From: an uncultured virus (IMG/VR IMGVR_UViG_3300042879_005846)
Taxonomy: Duplodnaviria; Heunggongvirae; Uroviricota; Caudoviricetes
Virus record (IMG/VR): IMGVR_UViG_3300042879_005846
Length of the DNA: 64,000 nt
Direction: 5' to 3' (one strand)
This document shows positions 1-8,357 of this stretch, piece after piece. Numbering within the stretch: position 1 is the stretch's first letter; the number at the start of each line of letters is the position of its first letter. The notes under the pieces are model-generated. The model worked only from the letters and a program-made list of their open reading frames with translations. It did not search any database and was not told the origin of the DNA. Made by a program: the position numbers and the translations under genes.

Positions 1-1
1 G

Positions 2-1036
2 GATTGGGATGACAATATTCTACACATGCCCACTAAAATCCTTATGGATAAAAAAGTAGGTGAGGAATGGGTACCCACTGAGGTATCCACTGCACAATTT
101 GCAGAGGTTAGAAATGACAAGGAAAACTATAGAATAAGAAATAATAATCCAATAGAAGCTTTTTCTGAATTTAGAGACACAGGTATAAGAGGTGATAATG
201 CTTTTTTAGAAGATGTTAAATCAGCTATTAATAAAAAAGCCTTTGCTCCATCTTGGGAAGCATTTATTAAATGTCTTTCAGAAGGAGCTATATTTGCAAT
301 AATTACAGCAAGAGGTCATGAGCCAGAGTCTATAAGAAAAGGTGTAGAATATGTAATTGATGAAATCTTGACTAAGATGCCATCTTTAAACCCTGGATTT
401 TCAATGGCTGATGAAATGTTCCAAAATTTAAGAAAATACCAACTGGCTTTTAGAATGGAGGGCCAAAGTGATACTCAATTGAAGGGACAGGCTTCAATCA
501 ATCCTTTGGTGAAAAAATATTTAGACTCTTGTAGTTTTTATGGGGTTAGTTCTTCAAGTTTTGCTAAAGAATTTGGAGAAGCTAGCGCTTCTAACCCAGA
601 AGTTGCAAAAGAAATGGCACTTGACTTTTTCATTGAAAGGTGTAATGAATTTGGAAAAAGTATTGGTGCTAAAACAGTTTCAATTGGATTTTCTGATGAT
701 GACCCAAAGAATGTAGAACACGTTGAGAAGTTCTTCAAAGAAAAACTACCCAATATAAGTGGTGGTGTAAAATTTAGTTTGATTAAAACAACCAATCCAA
801 CTATCAAAGGAGGTGAAATGACTAAATTTACAGAAACATCACATCAGGCTACTGGTATGGAAAGTTCAGTACTACCATTTACAAAATGGAATAATATGAC
901 ACAAAGATTATATCCAAATTCAAAAGATGCACCAACTGATGATTATCACAATCAAATGAAAAATCATGTAAATCAGACTACAGACCTCTATAAGAAATTT
1001 GCATTCAAGAGGAAAAAAAACAAGACTAAAAAATGA
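2..1036 (+). CDS. HAD-superfamily phosphatase-like protein, 5'-truncated by the window edge
   Basis: The frame is open from nt 2 (DWDDNILHMPTK, HAD motif I DxD). Also IITARGH (motif II) and GFSDDDPKN (motif IV). Confidence 0.7.
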   Translation, partial: DWDDNILHMPTKILMDKKVGEEWVPTEVSTAQFAEVRNDKENYRIRNNNPIEAFSEFRDTGIRGDNAFLEDVKSAINKKAFAPSWEAFIKCLSEGAIFAIITARGHEPESIRKGVEYVIDEILTKMPSLNPGFSMADEMFQNLRKYQLAFRMEGQSDTQLKGQASINPLVKKYLDSCSFYGVSSSSFAKEFGEASASNPEVAKEMALDFFIERCNEFGKSIGAKTVSIGFSDDDPKNVEHVEKFFKEKLPNISGGVKFSLIKTTNPTIKGGEMTKFTETSHQATGMESSVLPFTKWNNMTQRLYPNSKDAPTDDYHNQMKNHVNQTTDLYKKFAFKRKKNKTKK

Positions 1037-1416
1037 AACATTTAAAAACTTTTGAATCCTTTGGAATGAGAATGTCTAGGGAAGAAATGTGTGATTTTCT
1101 TTGCCAGTGTGGATATGATATGGCTCAACTAGAGGAGTGTCCTATGGAAGAACTTGAAGCTATGTGTATGGGTGAAAAAGAATCACAAACCATGCAAGAA
1201 AAAAAGAAATGGATTCAAGATACAGAAATGAAAAAGGGCGCACTCCATAAACAACTCGGATATGATGAAGATGAGAAAATTCCAGCTGGTGTATTGAAAA
1301 AAATAGTAGACAGCGAAGTTGGATCTAAGGTAAAAATAAAAGGAGAAGAACACACCATCACAGCACTTATGAAAAAAAGAGCAAACCTTGCTAAAACTTT
1401 GAAAAATGTAAAATAA
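1033..1416 (+). CDS. Hypothetical protein with MKHLKTFESF N-terminus (possible head-packaged protein)
   Basis: 127-aa ORF overlapping the upstream stop; basic C-terminal half. Confidence 0.7.
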   Translation: MKHLKTFESFGMRMSREEMCDFLCQCGYDMAQLEECPMEELEAMCMGEKESQTMQEKKKWIQDTEMKKGALHKQLGYDEDEKIPAGVLKKIVDSEVGSKVKIKGEEHTITALMKKRANLAKTLKNVK

Positions 1417-1456
1417 ATTTTAATATATAAATTTGTAGAAAAAAAATATATCTAAT

Positions 1457-1786
1457 ATGACAAATAGAATTTCAAAATTTGAAGATTATCAAACAAATGA
1501 GGAACTAGTAGTTGGTCAACAGGGAGGTGTTGGTTCAGAGGGAGGATATGGTTCAGAACTAGTTGGGTCAATTATGGACAATATAGCTGCATTTTTTGGG
1601 CATAAAGGTTCCAAATCAGTTATAGTAGTTGATGAACTTGCTAAAAAAGGTTTAATACCTGATGATAAACAGACTAAAGATTTGTTTATGAGTCTTTTAG
1701 CACAAAAACTAGAGGAATTGCCAGTGAAAAAAGCTGTTCTTCAAACAGTTGAAGAGTTGAAAAAACGTGGTTTCATTGAAGAATAA
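1457..1786 (+). CDS. Hypothetical protein
   Basis: 109-aa ORF after an AATATATA motif and followed by a terminator. Confidence 0.7.
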   Translation: MTNRISKFEDYQTNEELVVGQQGGVGSEGGYGSELVGSIMDNIAAFFGHKGSKSVIVVDELAKKGLIPDDKQTKDLFMSLLAQKLEELPVKKAVLQTVEELKKRGFIEE

Positions 1787-1803
1787 TAAGTAAATAAATA
1801 GAT

Positions 1804-1830
1804 AAAACCCATCTTAATGATGGGTTTTTT
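1804..1830. terminator. Bidirectional intrinsic terminator
   Basis: aaaacccatc-ttaat-gatgggtttttt between convergent genes. Confidence 0.85.
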
Positions 1831-1854
1831 ATTTAACAAATTTTATGATATTAT

Positions 1855-2175
1855 CTATTGATTTATAAGAGAATCAATTTTTATATCCCTTTCCCTCACT
1901 TTATCAATTAGATAATAAACAGAGTTTTTAGTTTCAAAGGTAAATTCATCAATAATTTTTGTTACTGTGGTTGTTTGAAATGGACCAAATTTGTGTGATT
2001 GAAACGCTTCAAAGGATTTACTTGAAATAAAAAATAAAAATGATTTACCAATTTCTGGTTTATCAAAATAATGTCCAATAAAAGTTTCACCAACTTCTAT
2101 AGCTGGACTATCTTTCAAAGCTTTCCTTTTCATTAACTTACCCTCAATTACCGGTTTGTCTTGTGATGTTACCAT
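1855..2175 (-). CDS. Hypothetical protein
   Basis: 106-aa ORF; ends RDIKIDSLINQ. Confidence 0.7.
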   Translation of the reverse strand: MVTSQDKPVIEGKLMKRKALKDSPAIEVGETFIGHYFDKPEIGKSFLFFISSKSFEAFQSHKFGPFQTTTVTKIIDEFTFETKNSVYYLIDKVRERDIKIDSLINQ

Positions 2176-3055
2176 TTTCGTATTCTGTTAAAAATTTTTC
2201 TACATAATTATTATCCATCCTATCCCTTATCTTAAAGTAGTTTACTGTTGCAAACTCTCTGAACCAACCAGAACATAAAGTTGTGCAAATTCTCATAAGT
2301 GCCCAATCAAAAGATTCTTCACTTGTATATCCTTTACCACCACCAAATAACATTGGTAAAATCTTCCTCTCAAGTGCAATTACATAAGCTTCTTCCAATA
2401 CACATTTACACTTATCATCAAAGGTAAAATCACACCATATCTTTTTATCACACTTAGCTAAACTTTTATCAATTTGCATCTTTTCATATAAAGGTGTTTC
2501 ATAATGAGCCATTACTCTGTGTATATCATCATGAATAAAATATGAAGTTACATAACCATCTGATTGTCCAAAGAATTCTTTAACACTTTTATTCAATGAT
2601 GGCGTTTTTAACTTACCAAGTCTTTTTTCTGTTTCTAACTCTAGTAGGTTTGTGATATGAGCCAAAGAGTCAATACCTTGAAAATAATCAAAAAGTAAAG
2701 AAAAATCTTTAATATGTTTTTTGAACTTTATTGGATAATGGATATGACTATTTTTTAAAGAAAAAAGAATTTCTTTTGAAGCAAAAATATTTTCTTTATC
2801 ATAGTCCAGTACCATTTGTAAACCTTTAGAATTGTCAGCCAATAACAACTCCACATTGTCAGTATCAAATATTTGCGTTTTATTTTGAACATTTTTTAAA
2901 AGTATAGTAAATTGTCCTTTTATTATTTCATTTGGTTTCAATAGATTAGTAAGATGTTCCAAATCATCAGTATATCCAATGATATCAATGTCTCTGACCT
3001 CCCTTTTATAATTGGGAAATCTATGTCTAACCGCTTTTGAACCTACTATTAACAT
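2144..3055 (-). CDS. Conserved phage protein with nucleotidyltransferase-like N-terminus
   Basis: IVGS...RDIDII (Pol-beta-like GS/DxD) plus C-terminal HDDIH, EEAYVIALER and SGWFREFA blocks. Confidence 0.6.
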   Translation of the reverse strand: MLIVGSKAVRHRFPNYKREVRDIDIIGYTDDLEHLTNLLKPNEIIKGQFTILLKNVQNKTQIFDTDNVELLLADNSKGLQMVLDYDKENIFASKEILFSLKNSHIHYPIKFKKHIKDFSLLFDYFQGIDSLAHITNLLELETEKRLGKLKTPSLNKSVKEFFGQSDGYVTSYFIHDDIHRVMAHYETPLYEKMQIDKSLAKCDKKIWCDFTFDDKCKCVLEEAYVIALERKILPMLFGGGKGYTSEESFDWALMRICTTLCSGWFREFATVNYFKIRDRMDNNYVEKFLTEYENGNITRQTGN

Positions 3056-3058
3056 AAT

Positions 3059-3319
3059 TTAAAAAGAAGAACCATATTCATAACTAGAATCTAATCCATA
3101 ATCATCTTCTAAGTCTTCACGGAATGAATTTTCATCATCTAGACGCATAAGGTTTATTGGATCTAAAATATTTTCAGAGATATTCACTTGTAAACCACTA
3201 TCTTTTGCTTTTTCCAACAATCCATTTAACTTGTTTTTTGCTTGATTTTGACTTAAAAAGTTTTCTCTTGTATCAGTTAAAAGTACTGATAAACTTTTAT
3301 AAAATTCTATAATTGTCAT
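3059..3319 (-). CDS. Hypothetical acidic protein
   Basis: 86-aa ORF in a tight operon. Confidence 0.65.
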   Translation of the reverse strand: MTIIEFYKSLSVLLTDTRENFLSQNQAKNKLNGLLEKAKDSGLQVNISENILDPINLMRLDDENSFREDLEDDYGLDSSYEYGSSF

Positions 3320-3597
3320 TTTTTTAAAATATCATTTATTATATGTGTTCTGAATTCAGATTTTGGAATGAACCTTATGTGGTCATACCAAGTATTTTCT
3401 CCTTTATCATTTTTTACAACAAGTGTTATTTCATCTCCATGTTTCTCCCAAACTTCTTGTATATCAGTAGTTGAGTGTCCATAGACATCAATAATTTCAT
3501 ATTCTTTACCCACAGTTAAGCTAGCTCTTGAATTAATAACGCAAACTACTGACTCACCAGGAATATATTTTTTATAATAAGTTGCTTTGTCTTCCAC
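3316..3597 (-). CDS. Hypothetical small beta-barrel (SH3-like) protein
   Basis: GESVVC...LTVGKEYEI...VKNDKG pattern; GTG start just after a TACTTTTG element. Confidence 0.6.
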   Translation of the reverse strand: MEDKATYYKKYIPGESVVCVINSRASLTVGKEYEIIDVYGHSTTDIQEVWEKHGDEITLVVKNDKGENTWYDHIRFIPKSEFRTHIINDILKK

Positions 3598-3657
3598 ATC
3601 ACAAAAGTATAAAAACTTATTTGATATTCAAAGTATATATCATGAAAATTTTCAAAG

Positions 3658-4809
3658 ATGGATAAAAATTATATAAGAAATTGTGTCCAAACAGTTTTAA
3701 ATAAAGAATTCAAGTCAGTTCATAGAAGGAAAATTAATGAATTTTCTGATAGACTCAATTTTTGTTGCAGTTATTGCCTTGATGGTAAATCAGAATATAA
3801 AAAAAGAGGCAATTTATATTTCAATAAACTCCTTTATATTTGTTTTAACTGTGGAAAAAAAACTAATTTTGATAAATTCACCAAAGATTTTGATTTGAGG
3901 TTAGACCCAACCAAAAAACTTGAAATTATTGAACACCTAAATTCACAAATCTCCTTCCAAGATGCTGAAGAAGATTTGATGGAAACACAATTAGATAAAT
4001 TAATTGATTTTTCTGAACTTGAGAAATTATTTAATAGCGGTGACTCAGTAATAACAGATTTTAAACCAATTCAACAAAATTCAGGCATATACAAATATTT
4101 AGTTGGTAGAGGTATAACACCAAACCTACATAAAAATATCTATCAAGGAATCTTTTGGATTAATGATGAGAGATCTGAGCCAGTTATAGTTTTTCTAAAT
4201 AGAAGAGATAATAGAATTCTTGGTTGTCAAATAAGAAATCTAAAAGAAGGCAGAAGAAGAACTTTCAAAATTTATAATTATGAGACTCTTTATAAATGGA
4301 TAAATCAAGTAGAAGAAATAACTGATATAGATGCAAATCAATTAGTTATTTACAACAAACTGAGTTATTATTTCAACATCTTGAATGTTAATTTTGAAGA
4401 AAAGATAACTGTATTTGAGGGTTATATTGATTCTTTATTCTACCCAAATTCAATTGGTGTAGTAGGTGTTAATACTGATATGAAGTTTTTGGAAAACAAC
4501 CAATTAGATATTCAATATTTTTATGATAATGACACAACTGGTCATTTGAAATCTGAACAAAAACTAAAAGATGGGTTTCAAGTGTTTTTGTGGAAGAAAT
4601 TATTTGAGAATATTGTAGAACAAAAGAATTCAAAAGACCCATACTCTTTGATGTATAGAATTTCCAAAGTCAAAGATTTAAACAAATTAGCTGAACTTAC
4701 AAGTGAACCCTTCAAAAAATTTAATTTGGGTGAGTTTTTTTCAAAAGATTTAATGGATATAAAATGGTTACCAAAAAAAGTCAAAAAATTTAACCCAGTA
4801 AAGATTTGA
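3658..4809 (+). CDS. DNA primase, T4 gp61-like
   Basis: Zn ribbon (NFCCSYCLDG...YICFNCG), YLVGRGI, TOPRIM motifs VFEGYIDSLF and FYDND, and KDLN. Confidence 0.85.
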   Translation: MDKNYIRNCVQTVLNKEFKSVHRRKINEFSDRLNFCCSYCLDGKSEYKKRGNLYFNKLLYICFNCGKKTNFDKFTKDFDLRLDPTKKLEIIEHLNSQISFQDAEEDLMETQLDKLIDFSELEKLFNSGDSVITDFKPIQQNSGIYKYLVGRGITPNLHKNIYQGIFWINDERSEPVIVFLNRRDNRILGCQIRNLKEGRRRTFKIYNYETLYKWINQVEEITDIDANQLVIYNKLSYYFNILNVNFEEKITVFEGYIDSLFYPNSIGVVGVNTDMKFLENNQLDIQYFYDNDTTGHLKSEQKLKDGFQVFLWKKLFENIVEQKNSKDPYSLMYRISKVKDLNKLAELTSEPFKKFNLGEFFSKDLMDIKWLPKKVKKFNPVKI

Positions 4810-5050
4810 GATTGTCTTTTCTATTTTCTATTTGTTCCAACTTTTTTAAATAATCAGAATTTGCAACTAACCTATCAACAAGTAGACCAGTTGCTACTTG
4901 TCTTGATGGAAATTCTATTGGTAAACTAAGTTCCTCTTCAAACCCCAAAGAACTTATCTTATAAACTTTAAATGAATCTCTATCCTCTTCTGTTATTGTT
5001 GAGTTTTCAAGTATTTTTTTTCCCAAATATTTAAAAATATTCGTTTTCAT
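4790..5050 (-). CDS. Hypothetical protein
   Basis: 86-aa ORF; ends RKDNLKSLLG. Confidence 0.6.
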   Translation of the reverse strand: MKTNIFKYLGKKILENSTITEEDRDSFKVYKISSLGFEEELSLPIEFPSRQVATGLLVDRLVANSDYLKKLEQIENRKDNLKSLLG

Positions 5051-5520
5051 ATAAAAATTGACTTTGATTTTAAATATTTTTTATTTTTAACCCTTAAATA
5101 CTTATTAAATTCAGTATCACCTCTTTCACTATTACACTTTAAACAAGAAACTATAAAATTCACTTGAGTATTATTACCACCTTTTGATATGGGAATTATG
5201 TGATCTGTAGTAGCATTAGTTACATTCAATTTGCACTCACAATAAATACATCTTGGATTTTTTGTCTCTTCTAAGTATTCCTTTGCAAAACCAGTGGTTC
5301 TTCTTTTAACCTTTTTCCCACTCCACTTCAACCCAATTACAACAATATTGTCATAAATTTTGTATTTTTTTCTGAAAATCTCACAAGATTTATAATTTTT
5401 GTTGATTAGTGTTAATAATCTTATCAAATACTTCCACTTTTTATAAAAAGCAAAATCAACAAATAAAAAATGCTCATTTTTTGAAATTAGAATGTTAATT
5501 AACTGTTTGAAATCACTCAT
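5047..5520 (-). CDS. HNH endonuclease (McrA-like)
   Basis: CIYC...TDHIIPISKGGNN...NFIVSCLKCNSERG. Confidence 0.85.
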   Translation of the reverse strand: MSDFKQLINILISKNEHFLFVDFAFYKKWKYLIRLLTLINKNYKSCEIFRKKYKIYDNIVVIGLKWSGKKVKRRTTGFAKEYLEETKNPRCIYCECKLNVTNATTDHIIPISKGGNNTQVNFIVSCLKCNSERGDTEFNKYLRVKNKKYLKSKSIFI

Positions 5521-5581
5521 TAAATACCTTTGAATATTGTTTTTTAAAAGTTATATATAATAAAAAAATAACTCTTCTAAT

Positions 5582-5869
5582 ATGAAACCAAATATGCATG
5601 AATTTTCTTGGTCTGAATTGTTTTCAAATGGTGATGGTAAAACTTCAGGAACTGCTTTTTGCGGTATAATAATTTCAATGATTGGAAGTTTCTGCTTCCT
5701 CCTTGGATGTATTGATAAAATGTTCATCTCCACATCTATTGATGTAATTTCACAATCAATAGTGTTTGTTGGTATAGGTTCTGGATTACTTGGACTTAGA
5801 AAATTTGTTGATTCAAAAAAATCATCTGATGAACCAACATCAACTGATGAAGAACTTATCAAAGGTTAA
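5582..5869 (+). CDS. Small two-TM membrane protein (holin-like)
   Basis: Two hydrophobic segments and a charged C-terminal tail. Confidence 0.5.
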   Translation: MKPNMHEFSWSELFSNGDGKTSGTAFCGIIISMIGSFCFLLGCIDKMFISTSIDVISQSIVFVGIGSGLLGLRKFVDSKKSSDEPTSTDEELIKG

Positions 5870-5870
5870 T

Positions 5871-5898
5871 AAAAAAACCTCTCATTTGAGAGGTTTTT
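5871..5898. terminator. Bidirectional intrinsic terminator
   Basis: aaaaaaacctctc-attt-gagaggttttt between convergent genes. Confidence 0.85.
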
Positions 5899-5900
5899 CT

Positions 5901-6245
5901 TTATCTGGCCCTTCTATATCTTTTGGACTCTAATTGATGTTCTTCCTTACCACCATGCACATGATTATTCAAATAATCTATAACTTCTTTTGGTGTTTTG
6001 AACTTCTTCCTATCAATATGGAACATTTCAGTTTCTGAATAGAAATTTATTTTATGCCCATCATGGTTAATTTCATTCCCCACTACTTCTTCACCAAGAG
6101 CTGATGCAATTTTTTTCAAACCTTCAATACCATAATCATCACCTGCCTCTTCTTCTTCATAAAAGTCAGCAGTTGGCTCATCTTTAATTTCATTCTCAGA
6201 GCTCATTGGATAATGATATTCATTGAATTTCTTTAAACTACTCAT
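5901..6245 (-). CDS. Hypothetical acidic protein (MSSLKKFNEY N-terminus)
   Basis: 114-aa ORF with AATATATA upstream. Confidence 0.7.
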   Translation of the reverse strand: MSSLKKFNEYHYPMSSENEIKDEPTADFYEEEEAGDDYGIEGLKKIASALGEEVVGNEINHDGHKINFYSETEMFHIDRKKFKTPKEVIDYLNNHVHGGKEEHQLESKRYRRAR

Positions 6246-6296
6246 AGTTCAATTTATTATTTTTATATACTATATATATTTTTTTATATATAGTTT

Positions 6297-7073
6297 ATGC
6301 AACAATTTTATACCCAAAAAGCACTTCAAGCATCACAACCATATAGGAATAACTTTAATGATGATGCCTTTGATTTATTTAGGATTCACTATCCAGACCA
6401 TTTTGAAATTTCAAAGAATGCTTATAGAATAATTTATAAAGATAAACAAAAAACTGAAAGGTCTAACTTCAATAAATTGGGAACTAATTACTCAGCCTAT
6501 ACTGAACTAATTAACTTGACTTTGAATGAATTGATAAACACTGGTGAAATTAAAGACCCATCCGAGGCAAATCCATTCACTAATGAAGGATATCAAAAAA
6601 TAATTGATTTTCTTAAGAATAATAAAGATTTTTTTTCAAAAATACTACCTGATTTAGCAAAACATATCAAAAGAAGTTCAGACAGTGGTGATAAATCTGA
6701 GTTAGGTGCTGATAAAATTTTAACTAAAATATTTGGAGGAGACATTGAAATAAGAAAAACTGCTGGGTTAGCTCAGAGACAAGATACCCATGGTGGGCAA
6801 GATAGAGTGGTTGTAAAACAAGGTAAGTCTTATGTAATTCAAATCAAAAGTGTATCCAAAATAGAACAAGAAAATGGACTTTACTATATCTATTATTTAG
6901 GAGCAAAATTGTATCCAAATGTTGATATCATGATTTTTAATAAAGGACCATGGTATTTTGCATTTAGAGCAAAAGATGTTAGAAATATATCAACACTTCA
7001 AATATTAGGAGATAGAGAAGGATATATTGTTGATTCCCAACACAAGATTCTAATTACCAAATTAGAATCCTGA
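6297..7073 (+). CDS. Hypothetical protein, possible PD-(D/E)xK-like nuclease fold
   Basis: 258-aa ORF; GDKSE...GGQD...YVIQIKS spacing is reminiscent of the fold. Weak. Confidence 0.4.
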   Translation: MQQFYTQKALQASQPYRNNFNDDAFDLFRIHYPDHFEISKNAYRIIYKDKQKTERSNFNKLGTNYSAYTELINLTLNELINTGEIKDPSEANPFTNEGYQKIIDFLKNNKDFFSKILPDLAKHIKRSSDSGDKSELGADKILTKIFGGDIEIRKTAGLAQRQDTHGGQDRVVVKQGKSYVIQIKSVSKIEQENGLYYIYYLGAKLYPNVDIMIFNKGPWYFAFRAKDVRNISTLQILGDREGYIVDSQHKILITKLES

Positions 7074-8292
7074 AAATATATCCAAAACTACACTTAACCT
7101 TTTTGTAATCAATGGCATTCCCAATGGTTCAATAATTGAGTTTATTGGAGATAAAATACATTTTTCAAATTGTGTATCTAAATCAATTTCAGGTGCCATT
7201 TCAATAGGGTAAGAACCCCTTATAAAAGCAAATACTTCATTAACACTTTTGTCTTTACAGTAATAATATTTGATTTTATCACCAGATTTTATGAACTCAT
7301 ACTTATTCTGTAAACCCTTATTCTTATGTAAAAGATAGTTATGGTAAGCGGAAGCTTTAACAGCAAAGTGAGAACCATTAACAAACTCCAACTTGGTTTT
7401 ATCATTCAAAACCTTTTCACCATACTTTGAACAAGATGACTGCATACATATTTCATCAATCCTATCAGGTACACAAAGGTCAAACTCTTTTTTAAGGTTT
7501 TTTACAAGTCTTAATAATTCTTTAATGTTGAATGAGTCTGGGTGCTCAAAAAGATATTTAACAATGTTGATGATTTTATCTCTAGCAAATAAAGGTGTTG
7601 ATGATCTAACAAGTTCTACACCTTTTGGGAAGATATAAGACATTCTATCATAGGGAATACCATCTTCATATACAATATGTTGAATATACTTTTTCTTTGC
7701 TATGGAAATAATTGATTCAGAAATCCTTTCAAGTTCAAAATCTTGTTTATTCTCAACTCCATAAGTAGCAGCATGTTCATCTAAACACTTTTTGAAATAT
7801 CCAGCATATCTATGTTTGTCAAGTGAATGGATAAAATCTAATTCAGATGAATACTGATGTTTCCATTCACAATGTTCCATTGCTGGTTTGAATGATACAA
7901 ATAGTGAATCAGTGTCAGCATAAATTGATACTTCTTCAGACCTTGGAATTGGTGTGACATTTTTTAAATTCATTGCTTGATGTAACTCAGTATCAAGATG
8001 CCATTGATTATACCAATAATCTTCGTTAACCTTATTCATTGTTTGAGTAAGATTACGACCTTCTGCAGTGATTGTACCAGCTACATAGTTGTTAAACAAA
8101 ATGAAGTATGGTGCTGCAAATGCTCCTTAGTTTGTGCCCCCTCACCTGAAGATGAGGGGGCTAAAAGTAGGACCCATTAAGTACAAGCTTCAATCCGGTT
8201 TGAAGCGCGTTATAGTATTCAACCTCACGCTTCAAATCAGATGCTTGTCTCTTTAGGTCCTCTATTTTTTTTAGTTTGACTTCTTTTGACAT
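7062..8292 (-). CDS. Family B DNA polymerase, C-terminal subunit (gp43B-like), interrupted by a 40-nt insert: segments 8292-8167 and 8126-7062, 396 aa when joined
   Basis: Segment 1 is MSKEVK...NALQTGLKLVLNGSY. Segment 2 is GAFAAPYF...TITAEGR...YADTDS (motif C)...AKKKY...KGVELVRSSTP. The C-terminal SVVLDIFSGF resembles a clamp-binding peptide. Confidence 0.9.
8127..8166 (-). other. 40-nt non-coding hairpin insert in polymerase motif B (candidate bypass element or mini-intron)
   Basis: TTTTAGCCCCCTCATCTTCAGGTGAGGGGGCACAAACTAA lies between TAC (Tyr42) and GGA (Gly). It has an 11-bp stem with a UUCA loop, TAG in frame 0, and TGA plus TAA in the downstream frame. Confidence 0.85.
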
Positions 8293-8357
8293 ATGAAATT
8301 GTATAAAAAAATCCAAATAAGTTTAATAGGAACATATGGGGCTTTTATATATAAATT

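Noticed and set aside
8127..8166. Insert explained by TAG reassignment, a simple +1 frameshift at TTT-TAG, a terminator, or a group I/II intron
   Set aside because: TAG readthrough stays out of frame, and the +1 frame hits TGA and TAA. No U-tract follows the stem on either strand. 40 nt is too short for a ribozyme core, and the ends lack the U|...G| group I signature.
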